DNA of 51,148 nt, from the IMG/VR virus record IMGVR_UViG_3300017774_004509, positions 1 to 51,148 of that record; one strand, written 5' to 3'. Origin of the DNA: a virus (taxonomy: Duplodnaviria > Caudoviricetes). The notes under the pieces are model-generated. The model was given only the letters and a program-made list of their open reading frames with translations, searched no databases and was not told the origin of the DNA. The position numbers and the translations under genes were made by a program. How positions within the stretch are numbered: the first letter of the stretch is position 1; each line of letters begins with the position of its first letter. Shown piece after piece: positions 37,884 to 47,703 of this stretch.

Positions 37884-39533
37884 ATGGCAGGAGTTTTCAA
37901 AAGTTTAGATAAATCAGATGTACGTATAACCCCGTTTCGAGCTTATAAACAGTGGAGTGGAATAGATTATTATACGCTATATATAGCTGATTATTCAACA
38001 ATACCTCAATATCTACAACAAGATCCAACTGATATCAACTTTGATCAAGGCAACACACCTTTATTATCAGGAGAAGTAACGACAGCGGATGATAAATATG
38101 AACGAATAGTACACAAGTCAATAGATCATCTCTTTTACAGATACTATAAAACAAACACAAAGGGATCTTTTGGATCAGCAAATGTAAACTACCAAAGACG
38201 AAGTTTAAACGATAAAGCATTTGTAATATCATTACCACAAAAAAAGTATGGAGAAGAAGTACAGCAAGGATCTGTAATAGTTGATATCACCAGAAATGGT
38301 ACTTTTTACAATGGTACATATACACTAATAGATGATATTTACGGAAATTTATACATAAGTAACTCTATAGCAGGTACACAAGTATCGTCATCAAATGAAG
38401 TAGGTAGATACCATTTTGATCTTGGTTACAAGTATGTAGGAAAAGGCCCAGTTACTGTAGTTGATGAGTATGCTGATGGTTATTGGCCAATGAAAATTAC
38501 CTATAAAAATATTGTTTTTGACAGTATATATAGTGATTTAGGTACCTGTGCCTACTTTACATCAAGCAATCAGAGCACACTAGTAATTTCACCCGGCCCG
38601 GTTCAAAAATTCAAACAATCCTACAACTTTGAAAACAGCAACTTTAGTATATTCTTTACATTAAAACCAGAATACCCAGCTGTAAATTATGAATTTGCAA
38701 ACATTGTTGCAAAACAAGGACCGGTTGAAGATATTTTCATAGACTTAAATGGTAATATCGGATCGTCACCAGCTGGCAATAATTATCCATATAAAATAAA
38801 ATTAGGTGTATCTGGATCAAATCTAGGTAAACTGTATTTTGGTAGAAGTTCAGGCTTTCAAACATCGGAAATAGATACGGGGTTAACAACATTATCAGCT
38901 GGAGCAGTGTATAATGTTGCTGTTGTTAAGAGTGGTACTACAATGCAAATCTATATTAATGGTTTTTTGAGAGCTACTGGAGTAGATACAACAACAACGG
39001 GTACCTATCAAGCAAAACAATGTAGTAATGAAGCTAACATATATATAGGTTGTGATTATGATAGTGGTAGTGCATATAATGGTTACTTAGATAATTTAAA
39101 ATTGTATAACAAAGCTTTAACTTCTAACGAATTATTGTATTTAACGAATACTCGCGGTGTAGGAAACCAGTATGTGGGTAATGTGTTTTATAAACACGGA
39201 ATGATAGTGATTACTGATCCGCTAGTAAAAGAATCTACTGTAACAAATGTATCCTATAGAGGCACACAAACAATATATGAAACTGAAGTATCATGCACAA
39301 TCGGAGGTGGAGAATTCAACCATTCATCAAATCCAACACTACAAGAATATGAACCAATCTCAGATGAGTTTATATTTCGACCATTTGTAAGTAGTTCTGA
39401 TTTCAAACCGTATATAACAACGATTGGTTTATATGATGACTATGGTAATTTACTTGTAGTTGGAAAATTAGGACAACCAATAAGAACACCAGATAACACA
39501 GACACAACCTTTATAGTTAGATACGATCGATAG
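37884..39533 (+). CDS. LamG/concanavalin-A-like domain virion protein, paralog of 36751
   Basis: YNVAVVKSG..MQIYING...YNGYLDNLKLYNKALT; same C-terminal motif; start reassigned to ATG 37884, 5 nt after TATTTATA. Confidence 0.7.
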   Translation: MAGVFKSLDKSDVRITPFRAYKQWSGIDYYTLYIADYSTIPQYLQQDPTDINFDQGNTPLLSGEVTTADDKYERIVHKSIDHLFYRYYKTNTKGSFGSANVNYQRRSLNDKAFVISLPQKKYGEEVQQGSVIVDITRNGTFYNGTYTLIDDIYGNLYISNSIAGTQVSSSNEVGRYHFDLGYKYVGKGPVTVVDEYADGYWPMKITYKNIVFDSIYSDLGTCAYFTSSNQSTLVISPGPVQKFKQSYNFENSNFSIFFTLKPEYPAVNYEFANIVAKQGPVEDIFIDLNGNIGSSPAGNNYPYKIKLGVSGSNLGKLYFGRSSGFQTSEIDTGLTTLSAGAVYNVAVVKSGTTMQIYINGFLRATGVDTTTTGTYQAKQCSNEANIYIGCDYDSGSAYNGYLDNLKLYNKALTSNELLYLTNTRGVGNQYVGNVFYKHGMIVITDPLVKESTVTNVSYRGTQTIYETEVSCTIGGGEFNHSSNPTLQEYEPISDEFIFRPFVSSSDFKPYITTIGLYDDYGNLLVVGKLGQPIRTPDNTDTTFIVRYDR

Positions 39534-39536
39534 TTT

Positions 39537-39950
39537 ATGGCAAAACGCAGTTTCAACAAAAGATCCTCGGCAAAAGCAAGAGGTTATAGAAGTGGTTTGG
39601 AGGAAGTTATACAAAATGAACTACACGCTCAGGGTGTTAATGGTGAATATGAGCAACATAAAATTGAATACATTAAACCAGCAACAACACACAACTATAC
39701 ACCTGACTTTAGATTGCCCAATGGTATTTTTATAGAAACTAAAGGTAGATTTGTAGTAGAGGATCGAAAAAAACACACTTTAATAAAAGAGCAACAACCA
39801 AATCTAGATATAAGATTTGTTTTCCAAAATTCAAAAAATAAAATTCGAAAAGGATCCAAGACAACCTACGCTGATTGGTGCATTAAGCATGGATTCAAAT
39901 ACGCAGATAAAACAATTCCCGTTGAGTGGATACAAGAAGTTGCAAAATAA
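39537..39950 (+). CDS. T7 endonuclease I-like Holliday junction resolvase
   Basis: YRSGLEE, YTPDFRLPNGIFIETKGRF..EDRKKH..IKEQ.P.LDIRFVF, KGSKTTYADWC.KHGFKYADK.IPVEW. Confidence 0.9.
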   Translation: MAKRSFNKRSSAKARGYRSGLEEVIQNELHAQGVNGEYEQHKIEYIKPATTHNYTPDFRLPNGIFIETKGRFVVEDRKKHTLIKEQQPNLDIRFVFQNSKNKIRKGSKTTYADWCIKHGFKYADKTIPVEWIQEVAK

Positions 39951-39973
39951 ACTAAAAGTTAGTATAGTTAAGT

Positions 39974-40882
39974 ATGCAACAAATAGTATCTATACTAGAA
40001 TCTGCGCTTGGATCGTGTACAACACATAAAAAAGGGGAGTTGAGTTTTCACTGTCCTAAATGCAATCACTATAAAAAAAAGTTACAAGTAAACTATCTAA
40101 CCCAAAGTTATCATTGTTGGGTTTGTGGTTTTAAAGGAAGAAGCATAGTTCAGTTATTAAGAAAGGTAAATGCAGGTCCATTTTTAATAACAAAAGCAAA
40201 AGAACTAGTTGGAGATACAACAAACCACAAAAGTGATAAGATGGAAACATCATTAATATCACTACCAACTGAATTTAGACCATTACATATTAACTGGAAT
40301 ACCCCACACTACAAAAACGCACTGCATTATGTGTTAAATCATCGCAAACTAACACCAATAGAGATCTTACGTTACGGAATAGGTTATTGTGAAGAGGGTG
40401 ATTATCACGGTATGGTTATTGTTCCTAGCTACAATGCCGATAACCAACTAAATTATTTTGTGGGTAGAGCTTTTTACGACATAAACTTTAAACATAAAAA
40501 CCCAGAAATCTCACGTGATGTAGTTGGTTTTGAAAATTTAATTGATTGGGATCAACCAATTACTTTAGTTGAAGGAGCTTTTGACGCTATAACAACAAGA
40601 CGCAATACTATACCATTGTTTGGTAAACGTATATTGCCTAAATTACGCGGAAGATTAATCGAAAAGCGAGTACCAAGAATTAACCTAGCTTTAGATGCTG
40701 ATGCACTAAAGGATGCAATTAGCGAAGTTGAGTACTTTATGAATAATGGCATCGAAGTTAATGTAGTTAAGCTACCAGGCAAAGATCCCAACGAAATAGG
40801 ATACATTAAAACAATAGAGACAATAAACAAATCAACTTCGGTAGACTTATTGGAGATGATAATGTTAAAAATGGCGATATGA
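39974..40882 (+). CDS. DnaG-type DNA primase
   Basis: Zn finger CPKC...HCWVC; TOPRIM motifs VEGAFD, LDAD, KDPNE; GTTG-N20-TATAGTTA upstream. Confidence 0.85.
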   Translation: MQQIVSILESALGSCTTHKKGELSFHCPKCNHYKKKLQVNYLTQSYHCWVCGFKGRSIVQLLRKVNAGPFLITKAKELVGDTTNHKSDKMETSLISLPTEFRPLHINWNTPHYKNALHYVLNHRKLTPIEILRYGIGYCEEGDYHGMVIVPSYNADNQLNYFVGRAFYDINFKHKNPEISRDVVGFENLIDWDQPITLVEGAFDAITTRRNTIPLFGKRILPKLRGRLIEKRVPRINLALDADALKDAISEVEYFMNNGIEVNVVKLPGKDPNEIGYIKTIETINKSTSVDLLEMIMLKMAI

Positions 40883-43800
40883 TAAATAAAATTGATTGCA
40901 ATCTTGACAGAGTAGATTACATATACCACGTTGCGGATATCCATATTAGAAATTGGAAAAGACACACAGAATACAAACACATATTTACAAAGCTTAAAAA
41001 GGAATTAAAGAAGCTTCCACCTAACTCAATAATTACAGTAGGTGGTGATATTGTTCACGCTAAAACAGATATGAGTCCCGAACTTATATCAATGGTTGAT
41101 TTGTTTTTTACAACCTTAACAGATATAGCACCAACTATTGTTATTTGTGGAAACCATGATACAAACCTAAATAATAATCATAGGTTAGACGCATTAACAC
41201 CCATAATAGAATTACTGGATAAGAAAAATCTTTACTATCTGCGAGATAGTGGTGTTTACGAACTTGGTAATGTATCAATAACTGTAATGTCTCTGTTAGA
41301 TAGTCCGAGTAGATATATCAAAGCCTATGACGTAGATTTACAAGTTGATAAAAAAATTGCAATGTACCACGGAACTATTCAAAATAGTGAAACTGATACA
41401 GGAATGATACTTAAACAGGGATTAGATAGTAAAGTTTTTGATGGTTATGATTTAGTGTTATTGGGAGATATACACAAAAGACAGATTCTAAACCAGAAGC
41501 CATATACATTCTACCCAGGAAGTTTAATTCAGCAGAATTTTGGTGAAAGTTACGATGGTCACGGATACACAATAACGAATGTCAATACACTCGAAACAAC
41601 TTTTCACGACATACAAAATGATTACGGATACTACACACTTGATTTGCAAGATGATATTGTTCCTGATGATTTACCAATAGGATCAAAAACAACACTAAGA
41701 ATAAGAGCTCGTAATATTTCATCAGCTCAATTAAAACGTGTAACTGCAGATGTAAGAAAAAAGTATAAGTGTACCGATATAACAGCTGGTATAGTAGGAA
41801 CATCATCTGCAACAGATACAACTCAAACGGATATATTCTTAGATGGTGATATACACAATATACAATATCAAAACACATTAATAGCTGAACAACTCGTATT
41901 ACAGCAACTTGACGATGAATTAATACATCAGGTTATAGCAATTAATACAACATTAAATGCCGCATTAAATAATGTAGATCGTGTTAGAAATGTTGTTTGG
42001 AAACCTAAGAGATTTGAGTTTGATAATATGTTTTCCTATGGAGAAAATAACGTTATTGACTTTGAAAGAATGAATGGAACTTGTGGCTTATTTGCACCTA
42101 ACCACGCAGGTAAATCAGCAGTTCTTGATGCTTTATGTTTTTGCCTTTTTGATCACTCTTTTAGAGCATCAAAAGCAGAGCAAGTCTTAAATAATAAAAA
42201 AGACTCATTTAGATGTAAGTTTAATTTTCAACTAAATGGACATGATTATTTTATTGAGAAAAAAGCAACGAGATATGCAAAAGGCCCGTTAAAAGGTAAG
42301 TTGAGAGTTGATATTGATTTTTGGTATATTGATGAGGATGGTGAAATTAAATCATTAAACGGTGAACAAAGACGTGACACAGACAAAACAATACAATCTT
42401 ACGTAGGTACGTTTGATGACTTTATTTTAACAGCACTATCTCTACAAAACAATAATTCTAACTTTATAGAAAAAACTCAGGGTGAGCGAAAAGATCTACT
42501 TGCTAACTTTTTAGATCTTAAAATATTTGACCAGTTAACTGAATTAGCAAGCAAAGAAATTAGATCGTCAATAGTCTTACTTGAAGAGTATCAGAAACAA
42601 GACTTCGAAACTAAGCTAGCAGATGCTGAGGTACTTAAAGAGCGGCTAGAAAAACAGTATGAATTAGCCAAAGATCATTATGAATCAACAACTAAGATCA
42701 AAATAGAAACATTAAATGATGAGATTATAGACTGGACAGAAAAAATACAAGCAACCTCAGCTGACAATCTCAATATAGATCAACTTAATCAAAGCAAAGC
42801 TAAATTACACAAGCAGCTAACAGATTTAACACCTGAGATTGATAGGTACAACATTGAACTGCCGTTAAGAGAGGAGGCAAGAAATGAAAGCTTAGCTAAG
42901 CTAAAAACAATAGATGAGGCTATTACTGTACAAAATGCAACATTATATAATAATAATAAACAAGAGTTACAAAATGTTGATTCTAAACTAGAAAGGTTAA
43001 AAATAGTAGTCTCTAGTAAATTGGAAAAGTTAGCTAGATTAGAGGAACATGAGTATGATCCCAATTGTCCATATTGCATAAATAATGTGTTTGTTAAAGA
43101 TGCACATCAAACAAAACAAGACCTTGAAAAGGATAAGGTGATAGTATCAGAGTTACTAGCAAGTAAAAAAAACTTGAATGATTTTTTAGAGACTAACAAG
43201 CGATTTGAGGATGATTTTGTTGAATTCAAAAACCTAAAACAAAACCAATCACTATTAGAGTCTGAGTATAACTCAACACAAAGCAGACTCAACCAATTAA
43301 TAAATCAACAACAAAAAATATCCTACGACATAAAAGATATTGATTCAAAAATTAATTTGTATGATCAAAATAAACAAACAATTGAATCAAATAAAAAAAT
43401 ACAATCGCATATAGAAATACTAAAAGGGAATTTACAAGAGATAAAACAAGAAGCATCGGAAGCTGAGCACAAATTAAGAGATTTACACGGTAAAATAAAG
43501 GTCTCAGAACAAATAATAAACGAGTGTAATAATAGCCTTATTCACATGCAAGAACTAGTTGAAAAAGTTACTGCTTATGAATATTATATAAAATTGGTAT
43601 CTCGTGACGGTATACCATTTAACTTAATATCAAGAGCGATTCCATTCATTCAGAATTACGTAAATAACATACTTAGTCAAGTTGTTGATTTCACTATCAA
43701 TCTAGAAACTGATGGTAAAAATATTAACACGTTTATAGTTTATGATGGTAATAAGTGGCCGTTAGAATTAGCATCTGGTATGGAGAGGTTTATATCATCA

Positions 43801-44046
43801 TTAGCTATACGAGTTGCTTTAATTAAAATTACAAATTTACCAAAACCTAATTTTATTGCAATTGACGAAGGTCTTGGTGTATTGGATTCAACAAACTTAA
43901 ACTCCATGCATGCATTTTTTAATCACCTCAAAGAATTATTCACTTTTAGTTTAGTAATTTCTCACATTGATGTAGTTCGGGATATGGTCGATAATATATT
44001 GAGTATCGATATTAAAGATGGTTTTAGCTCAATAAACTATTTATAA
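40879..44046 (+). CDS. fused Mre11/SbcD nuclease - Rad50/SbcC ATPase (T4 gp47-gp46-like)
   Basis: ADIH, GDIVH, GNHD, GDIHK phosphoesterase motifs; Walker A APNHAGKS, zinc hook CPYC, signature ASGME, Walker B IAIDEG, ISH; one uninterrupted ORF. Confidence 0.9.
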   Translation: MINKIDCNLDRVDYIYHVADIHIRNWKRHTEYKHIFTKLKKELKKLPPNSIITVGGDIVHAKTDMSPELISMVDLFFTTLTDIAPTIVICGNHDTNLNNNHRLDALTPIIELLDKKNLYYLRDSGVYELGNVSITVMSLLDSPSRYIKAYDVDLQVDKKIAMYHGTIQNSETDTGMILKQGLDSKVFDGYDLVLLGDIHKRQILNQKPYTFYPGSLIQQNFGESYDGHGYTITNVNTLETTFHDIQNDYGYYTLDLQDDIVPDDLPIGSKTTLRIRARNISSAQLKRVTADVRKKYKCTDITAGIVGTSSATDTTQTDIFLDGDIHNIQYQNTLIAEQLVLQQLDDELIHQVIAINTTLNAALNNVDRVRNVVWKPKRFEFDNMFSYGENNVIDFERMNGTCGLFAPNHAGKSAVLDALCFCLFDHSFRASKAEQVLNNKKDSFRCKFNFQLNGHDYFIEKKATRYAKGPLKGKLRVDIDFWYIDEDGEIKSLNGEQRRDTDKTIQSYVGTFDDFILTALSLQNNNSNFIEKTQGERKDLLANFLDLKIFDQLTELASKEIRSSIVLLEEYQKQDFETKLADAEVLKERLEKQYELAKDHYESTTKIKIETLNDEIIDWTEKIQATSADNLNIDQLNQSKAKLHKQLTDLTPEIDRYNIELPLREEARNESLAKLKTIDEAITVQNATLYNNNKQELQNVDSKLERLKIVVSSKLEKLARLEEHEYDPNCPYCINNVFVKDAHQTKQDLEKDKVIVSELLASKKNLNDFLETNKRFEDDFVEFKNLKQNQSLLESEYNSTQSRLNQLINQQQKISYDIKDIDSKINLYDQNKQTIESNKKIQSHIEILKGNLQEIKQEASEAEHKLRDLHGKIKVSEQIINECNNSLIHMQELVEKVTAYEYYIKLVSRDGIPFNLISRAIPFIQNYVNNILSQVVDFTINLETDGKNINTFIVYDGNKWPLELASGMERFISSLAIRVALIKITNLPKPNFIAIDEGLGVLDSTNLNSMHAFFNHLKELFTFSLVISHIDVVRDMVDNILSIDIKDGFSSINYL

Positions 44047-44058
44047 TTAAAAGGTTTA

Positions 44059-47000
44059 ATGATTTTATCACCATACAAATCTTCGTTAAAAAGAGGCTAC
44101 GTTGACCAGGAGTTTTACATCGAAGATACAACGCCAACATCACCTGACTACTTTGATATAACAGAATTTCCAGATTATATTGGGGGTGGGAAGAGTATTA
44201 TAAAAATAAAAGGTGGTGGTGTAGGTTTGAAGTTTGGCTCTGAAATAGAGGCTGAGGTATTAGATGTTAATGGTGATGTAGTATATAGTGAATTTCCGGA
44301 ATTTGTCGATAAATTCAACAACATATACCTGTCAATTTACGTTTACGACTTTATTGCAAAGGGAGTTGGAACAATTAGTCTGATAGGCACAGCACAATAC
44401 GATCCAGACGGTGACGTTATACCAGAAGAGGATTCAGACTCTTTTAATCTCAGATGGACTAGAGATATATTAATATTACCAGATATTCGCAATAATTCAA
44501 TTTTAGACTTTGTAAAAGGACCAATTATTTCATTTGCACAAATAATCACACCATTCAAAGTAACTACAGCCTACACATCTTCATTACTACTTGAAACCAC
44601 ATCATCCGCAATAAACTATCTCACAACCTATAATAAGGGATATGACTTTGATACAAGCACCACTGATGATGTACTAGATGAATACCTTAACAACATACTA
44701 ATCAATCCAAACGCAGAGTCAAAAACCTCAAACGTAGTACCAAACAATACTAGGGTTACAGATTATGATATAGTTAATGGATTTAGATTATTAGAAAATA
44801 CAAGATTCAATACATATATATATACATCACAATCATTCTTTCGTAAAGAGTATACTGGTGGTTCTTTTAGTTTTCTAACAACAGCATCGATTAAGTACCC
44901 AACAATACCATCTGGTACTACACTTACGAATCCATTTGCAACTCAAATTAGTACTTATAGAGGAAATATAGTAAAAGTTATTGATGAATATAGAGCTTTA
45001 CTAGATAAGCCTGTAACTATATCCACAACAATACAAAATAGCATAAATAATCAAACATCAAGTTACATACACTCGAAATTAGAAAATTTCTCATCGAGTA
45101 TAGTATACAAACCTATAGATAGTACATTCGTAACCTCATCACAAGTCAGTCAATCATACGTACAATTCACATTTGATGATGTCAATCCAGTAGGTGGCCA
45201 AATCTATCGCATAAAAACATTCTATAAGTTATCAGGTCAAACAGGTGATTATAAGCTACTAAATGATCAATACATTAAAAATGTAGAAGTATTAGCAGAT
45301 CCAAGTAGAGTTAATCAAACATCATATGCACGATCAGAAGGTGATTTTTATCTACTTGGCCATTTTACAGATATAGATCAAGTTACTTATGATGGTTTAA
45401 ATGATAGACAAGATTGGAATGTTTACAAAGAAACACCGTCAAATATATCACAATGGTCAACAGTCACGTCTAGTGTACATCTATCAGACTCTGCTCAATT
45501 AAGTGCTAGTCTAAGCGATAATTCAACTACGTTGTTTACAACAAAAGAATTACAAGCTTATTCAATAAGTAAAATATATACAATAACACTTAATTGTGTA
45601 TTAGAGTCGGGTGCTGAATTAGAGGTTTATGGAAATAGTTTTGATTTGAATCTAACAACTCTTAATAATACACCAACAATACCAAGGTCCTTTATTCGAA
45701 GTGAAAACAACGAAAAAGCTAGATATGGTGGAAACTATAATAGATTTGGAAAATTTATAGGATCAATAAAAAACAACTCAAATGTAATTAAAAACTATGG
45801 TCGTGTTGCCTTTGATTTCGAAGTAGATTCTGATGGTGTAGGACGTCCATTATTCAGATTAAAACCTACGTCAACCGGACACAAAGGGTGGCTTAGCGAA
45901 ATAAGCATCAAACCTCAACTTTTACAAGGATTCACACCAAATCTAATCCAATACCCAGTACCAGTTGGAGATGATTTTGCACCAATATTAACACAATCTG
46001 TAGATTTTAAATTTGAATATTATGATTACACAGGTAATCAATCAGAGTTTGTTTCTTACGTAAAGGATAGTAAAGTTAATTTATTGGCTGAGTTACCAAC
46101 ATTAGGATGTCAAGCAGATATAAATAGATTTGGATTTGAAGGTACTTATTATGATCGTGATGATGATGAACCTATGCCTTGGGGGCGATTACTCACCCCC
46201 GATGCAGGTAACGTTGCCTACTTTTACGGCCACACTGACGAAACTTTCGTAGAACCAGGTAACTATCAGGTAAGAGGTAGGTCAATACATAATTGGAATA
46301 CTACATGGAAAGAGCGAACCTCTAGCGGGGGGAGCTTTACACTTAAAAATACTGACGTAGTCATAATAAATACACCTATATGGAAAGTTACATCAAGCTG
46401 GCTAGCCTTCGAAGATACCTATAATCTAGGTAACGCAAACACCTGGGATCTTGATTATCCAACAGGTGAAAAAGCTCCTATCGACGGCCGTTATTTTGCT
46501 TATGGATCATCTTGTTGCATAGCTAGGAATGATACAAATACACAATGGAGTAACTTTACTCAAAGTAAAGGTTTTCAACCAACAACCGAGCCAGAGAGAA
46601 AAAATGTAACAGAAGCTTTGCGAAAAGTGAGATTATTGTGGCCACACACAAAACCAGTAAGTACATCTAGCTTCACAGAAAACGGAGGAATATACAGAGT
46701 GTTTTTTAGAGTAAAACAAACTGGCTCCTACATCTCAGATTCTGGAAGCAAACTAAATGTATTTATACACAATGTAAACAATCCGGTAATATCAACAACA
46801 ACACCGTATGGTGGCTTTCAAGGAAATTACCCACCACCACAAAACATCGCATCAATAACATTTGATTCAAACACACAGTGGACAGACGAATTCACAGGAT
46901 ACAAATATGCACAATTTGAAGTTGAGCTAGTACAGTACGGCACGCCAGCACAATTAGTTTTTGAAGCCTCAGGATCTAATTTTGAGGATCCTGAAGTAGT

Positions 47001-47151
47001 AGGAAGAACAACTGTTCAAGCATTTGGTGGATGCATTGACGATATTCGAATATGTAAAATTGGAGTAACAACAGATCCTTTTTATATAAAACCACAGACA
47101 GACACAGGTAATCCAGTCAATTCAGAAGATATCATTGAAAGATTTGATTAA
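44059..47151 (+). CDS. large virion structural protein
   Basis: Beta-rich, Ser/Thr-rich; TATTTATA at 44038-44045. Confidence 0.55.
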   Translation: MILSPYKSSLKRGYVDQEFYIEDTTPTSPDYFDITEFPDYIGGGKSIIKIKGGGVGLKFGSEIEAEVLDVNGDVVYSEFPEFVDKFNNIYLSIYVYDFIAKGVGTISLIGTAQYDPDGDVIPEEDSDSFNLRWTRDILILPDIRNNSILDFVKGPIISFAQIITPFKVTTAYTSSLLLETTSSAINYLTTYNKGYDFDTSTTDDVLDEYLNNILINPNAESKTSNVVPNNTRVTDYDIVNGFRLLENTRFNTYIYTSQSFFRKEYTGGSFSFLTTASIKYPTIPSGTTLTNPFATQISTYRGNIVKVIDEYRALLDKPVTISTTIQNSINNQTSSYIHSKLENFSSSIVYKPIDSTFVTSSQVSQSYVQFTFDDVNPVGGQIYRIKTFYKLSGQTGDYKLLNDQYIKNVEVLADPSRVNQTSYARSEGDFYLLGHFTDIDQVTYDGLNDRQDWNVYKETPSNISQWSTVTSSVHLSDSAQLSASLSDNSTTLFTTKELQAYSISKIYTITLNCVLESGAELEVYGNSFDLNLTTLNNTPTIPRSFIRSENNEKARYGGNYNRFGKFIGSIKNNSNVIKNYGRVAFDFEVDSDGVGRPLFRLKPTSTGHKGWLSEISIKPQLLQGFTPNLIQYPVPVGDDFAPILTQSVDFKFEYYDYTGNQSEFVSYVKDSKVNLLAELPTLGCQADINRFGFEGTYYDRDDDEPMPWGRLLTPDAGNVAYFYGHTDETFVEPGNYQVRGRSIHNWNTTWKERTSSGGSFTLKNTDVVIINTPIWKVTSSWLAFEDTYNLGNANTWDLDYPTGEKAPIDGRYFAYGSSCCIARNDTNTQWSNFTQSKGFQPTTEPERKNVTEALRKVRLLWPHTKPVSTSSFTENGGIYRVFFRVKQTGSYISDSGSKLNVFIHNVNNPVISTTTPYGGFQGNYPPPQNIASITFDSNTQWTDEFTGYKYAQFEVELVQYGTPAQLVFEASGSNFEDPEVVGRTTVQAFGGCIDDIRICKIGVTTDPFYIKPQTDTGNPVNSEDIIERFD

Positions 47152-47169
47152 ATCAAATATATAATCCAT

Positions 47170-47703
47170 ATGATACCAAATAGCAAAATAAAAAACACAA
47201 AAGTACCATTTCCTGCAATAGAGGGTATGAGCTTTTCCCCATTTTTAGATAAAATAAGAATAAGCAATATATACCAACAATGGAGTGGTCAAACTGTAGG
47301 TGAAATTGCAAATAACAACAAAGATAATCCTTTTACATTGAGAATTGGATTACCACACGTAGATGAACAACTCAAAAGTGATCGTGTATTTTTCATAACA
47401 CAATATAAATCATATAATCCAATAACAAAACAGATAGAAGAAAGACAAATTATCCCATACCGCAACACAGAAACTATTTATATAGGTCAAACAACTGAGG
47501 AGCAGGAATATAAAAATTACTCTCTATTTACAAAAGATAATATTGTTGCCGATGATCTTTATTTGAAAAAATATGCATCTATTAAAGATAAGTCAATTAG
47601 TGAATTAATAATTAATTTAGTGGAAAAAGTAAATAAACTACAAACAAAAGTAAACGAGCTTACGGCAATAATACAACAAAACCAGACTATTTATAAGCAA
47701 TGA
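47170..47703 (+). CDS. hypothetical protein with C-terminal coiled coil
   Basis: LVEKVNKLQTKVNEL heptads. Confidence 0.6.
   Translation: MIPNSKIKNTKVPFPAIEGMSFSPFLDKIRISNIYQQWSGQTVGEIANNNKDNPFTLRIGLPHVDEQLKSDRVFFITQYKSYNPITKQIEERQIIPYRNTETIYIGQTTEEQEYKNYSLFTKDNIVADDLYLKKYASIKDKSISELIINLVEKVNKLQTKVNELTAIIQQNQTIYKQ

Noticed and set aside
23786-47482. TATTTATA copies inside CDSs (e.g. 947, 12208, 13002, 23786, 28590, 37323, 47475)
   Set aside because: Expected by chance in AT-rich DNA and not adjacent to starts, so not counted; a few could be internal promoters.
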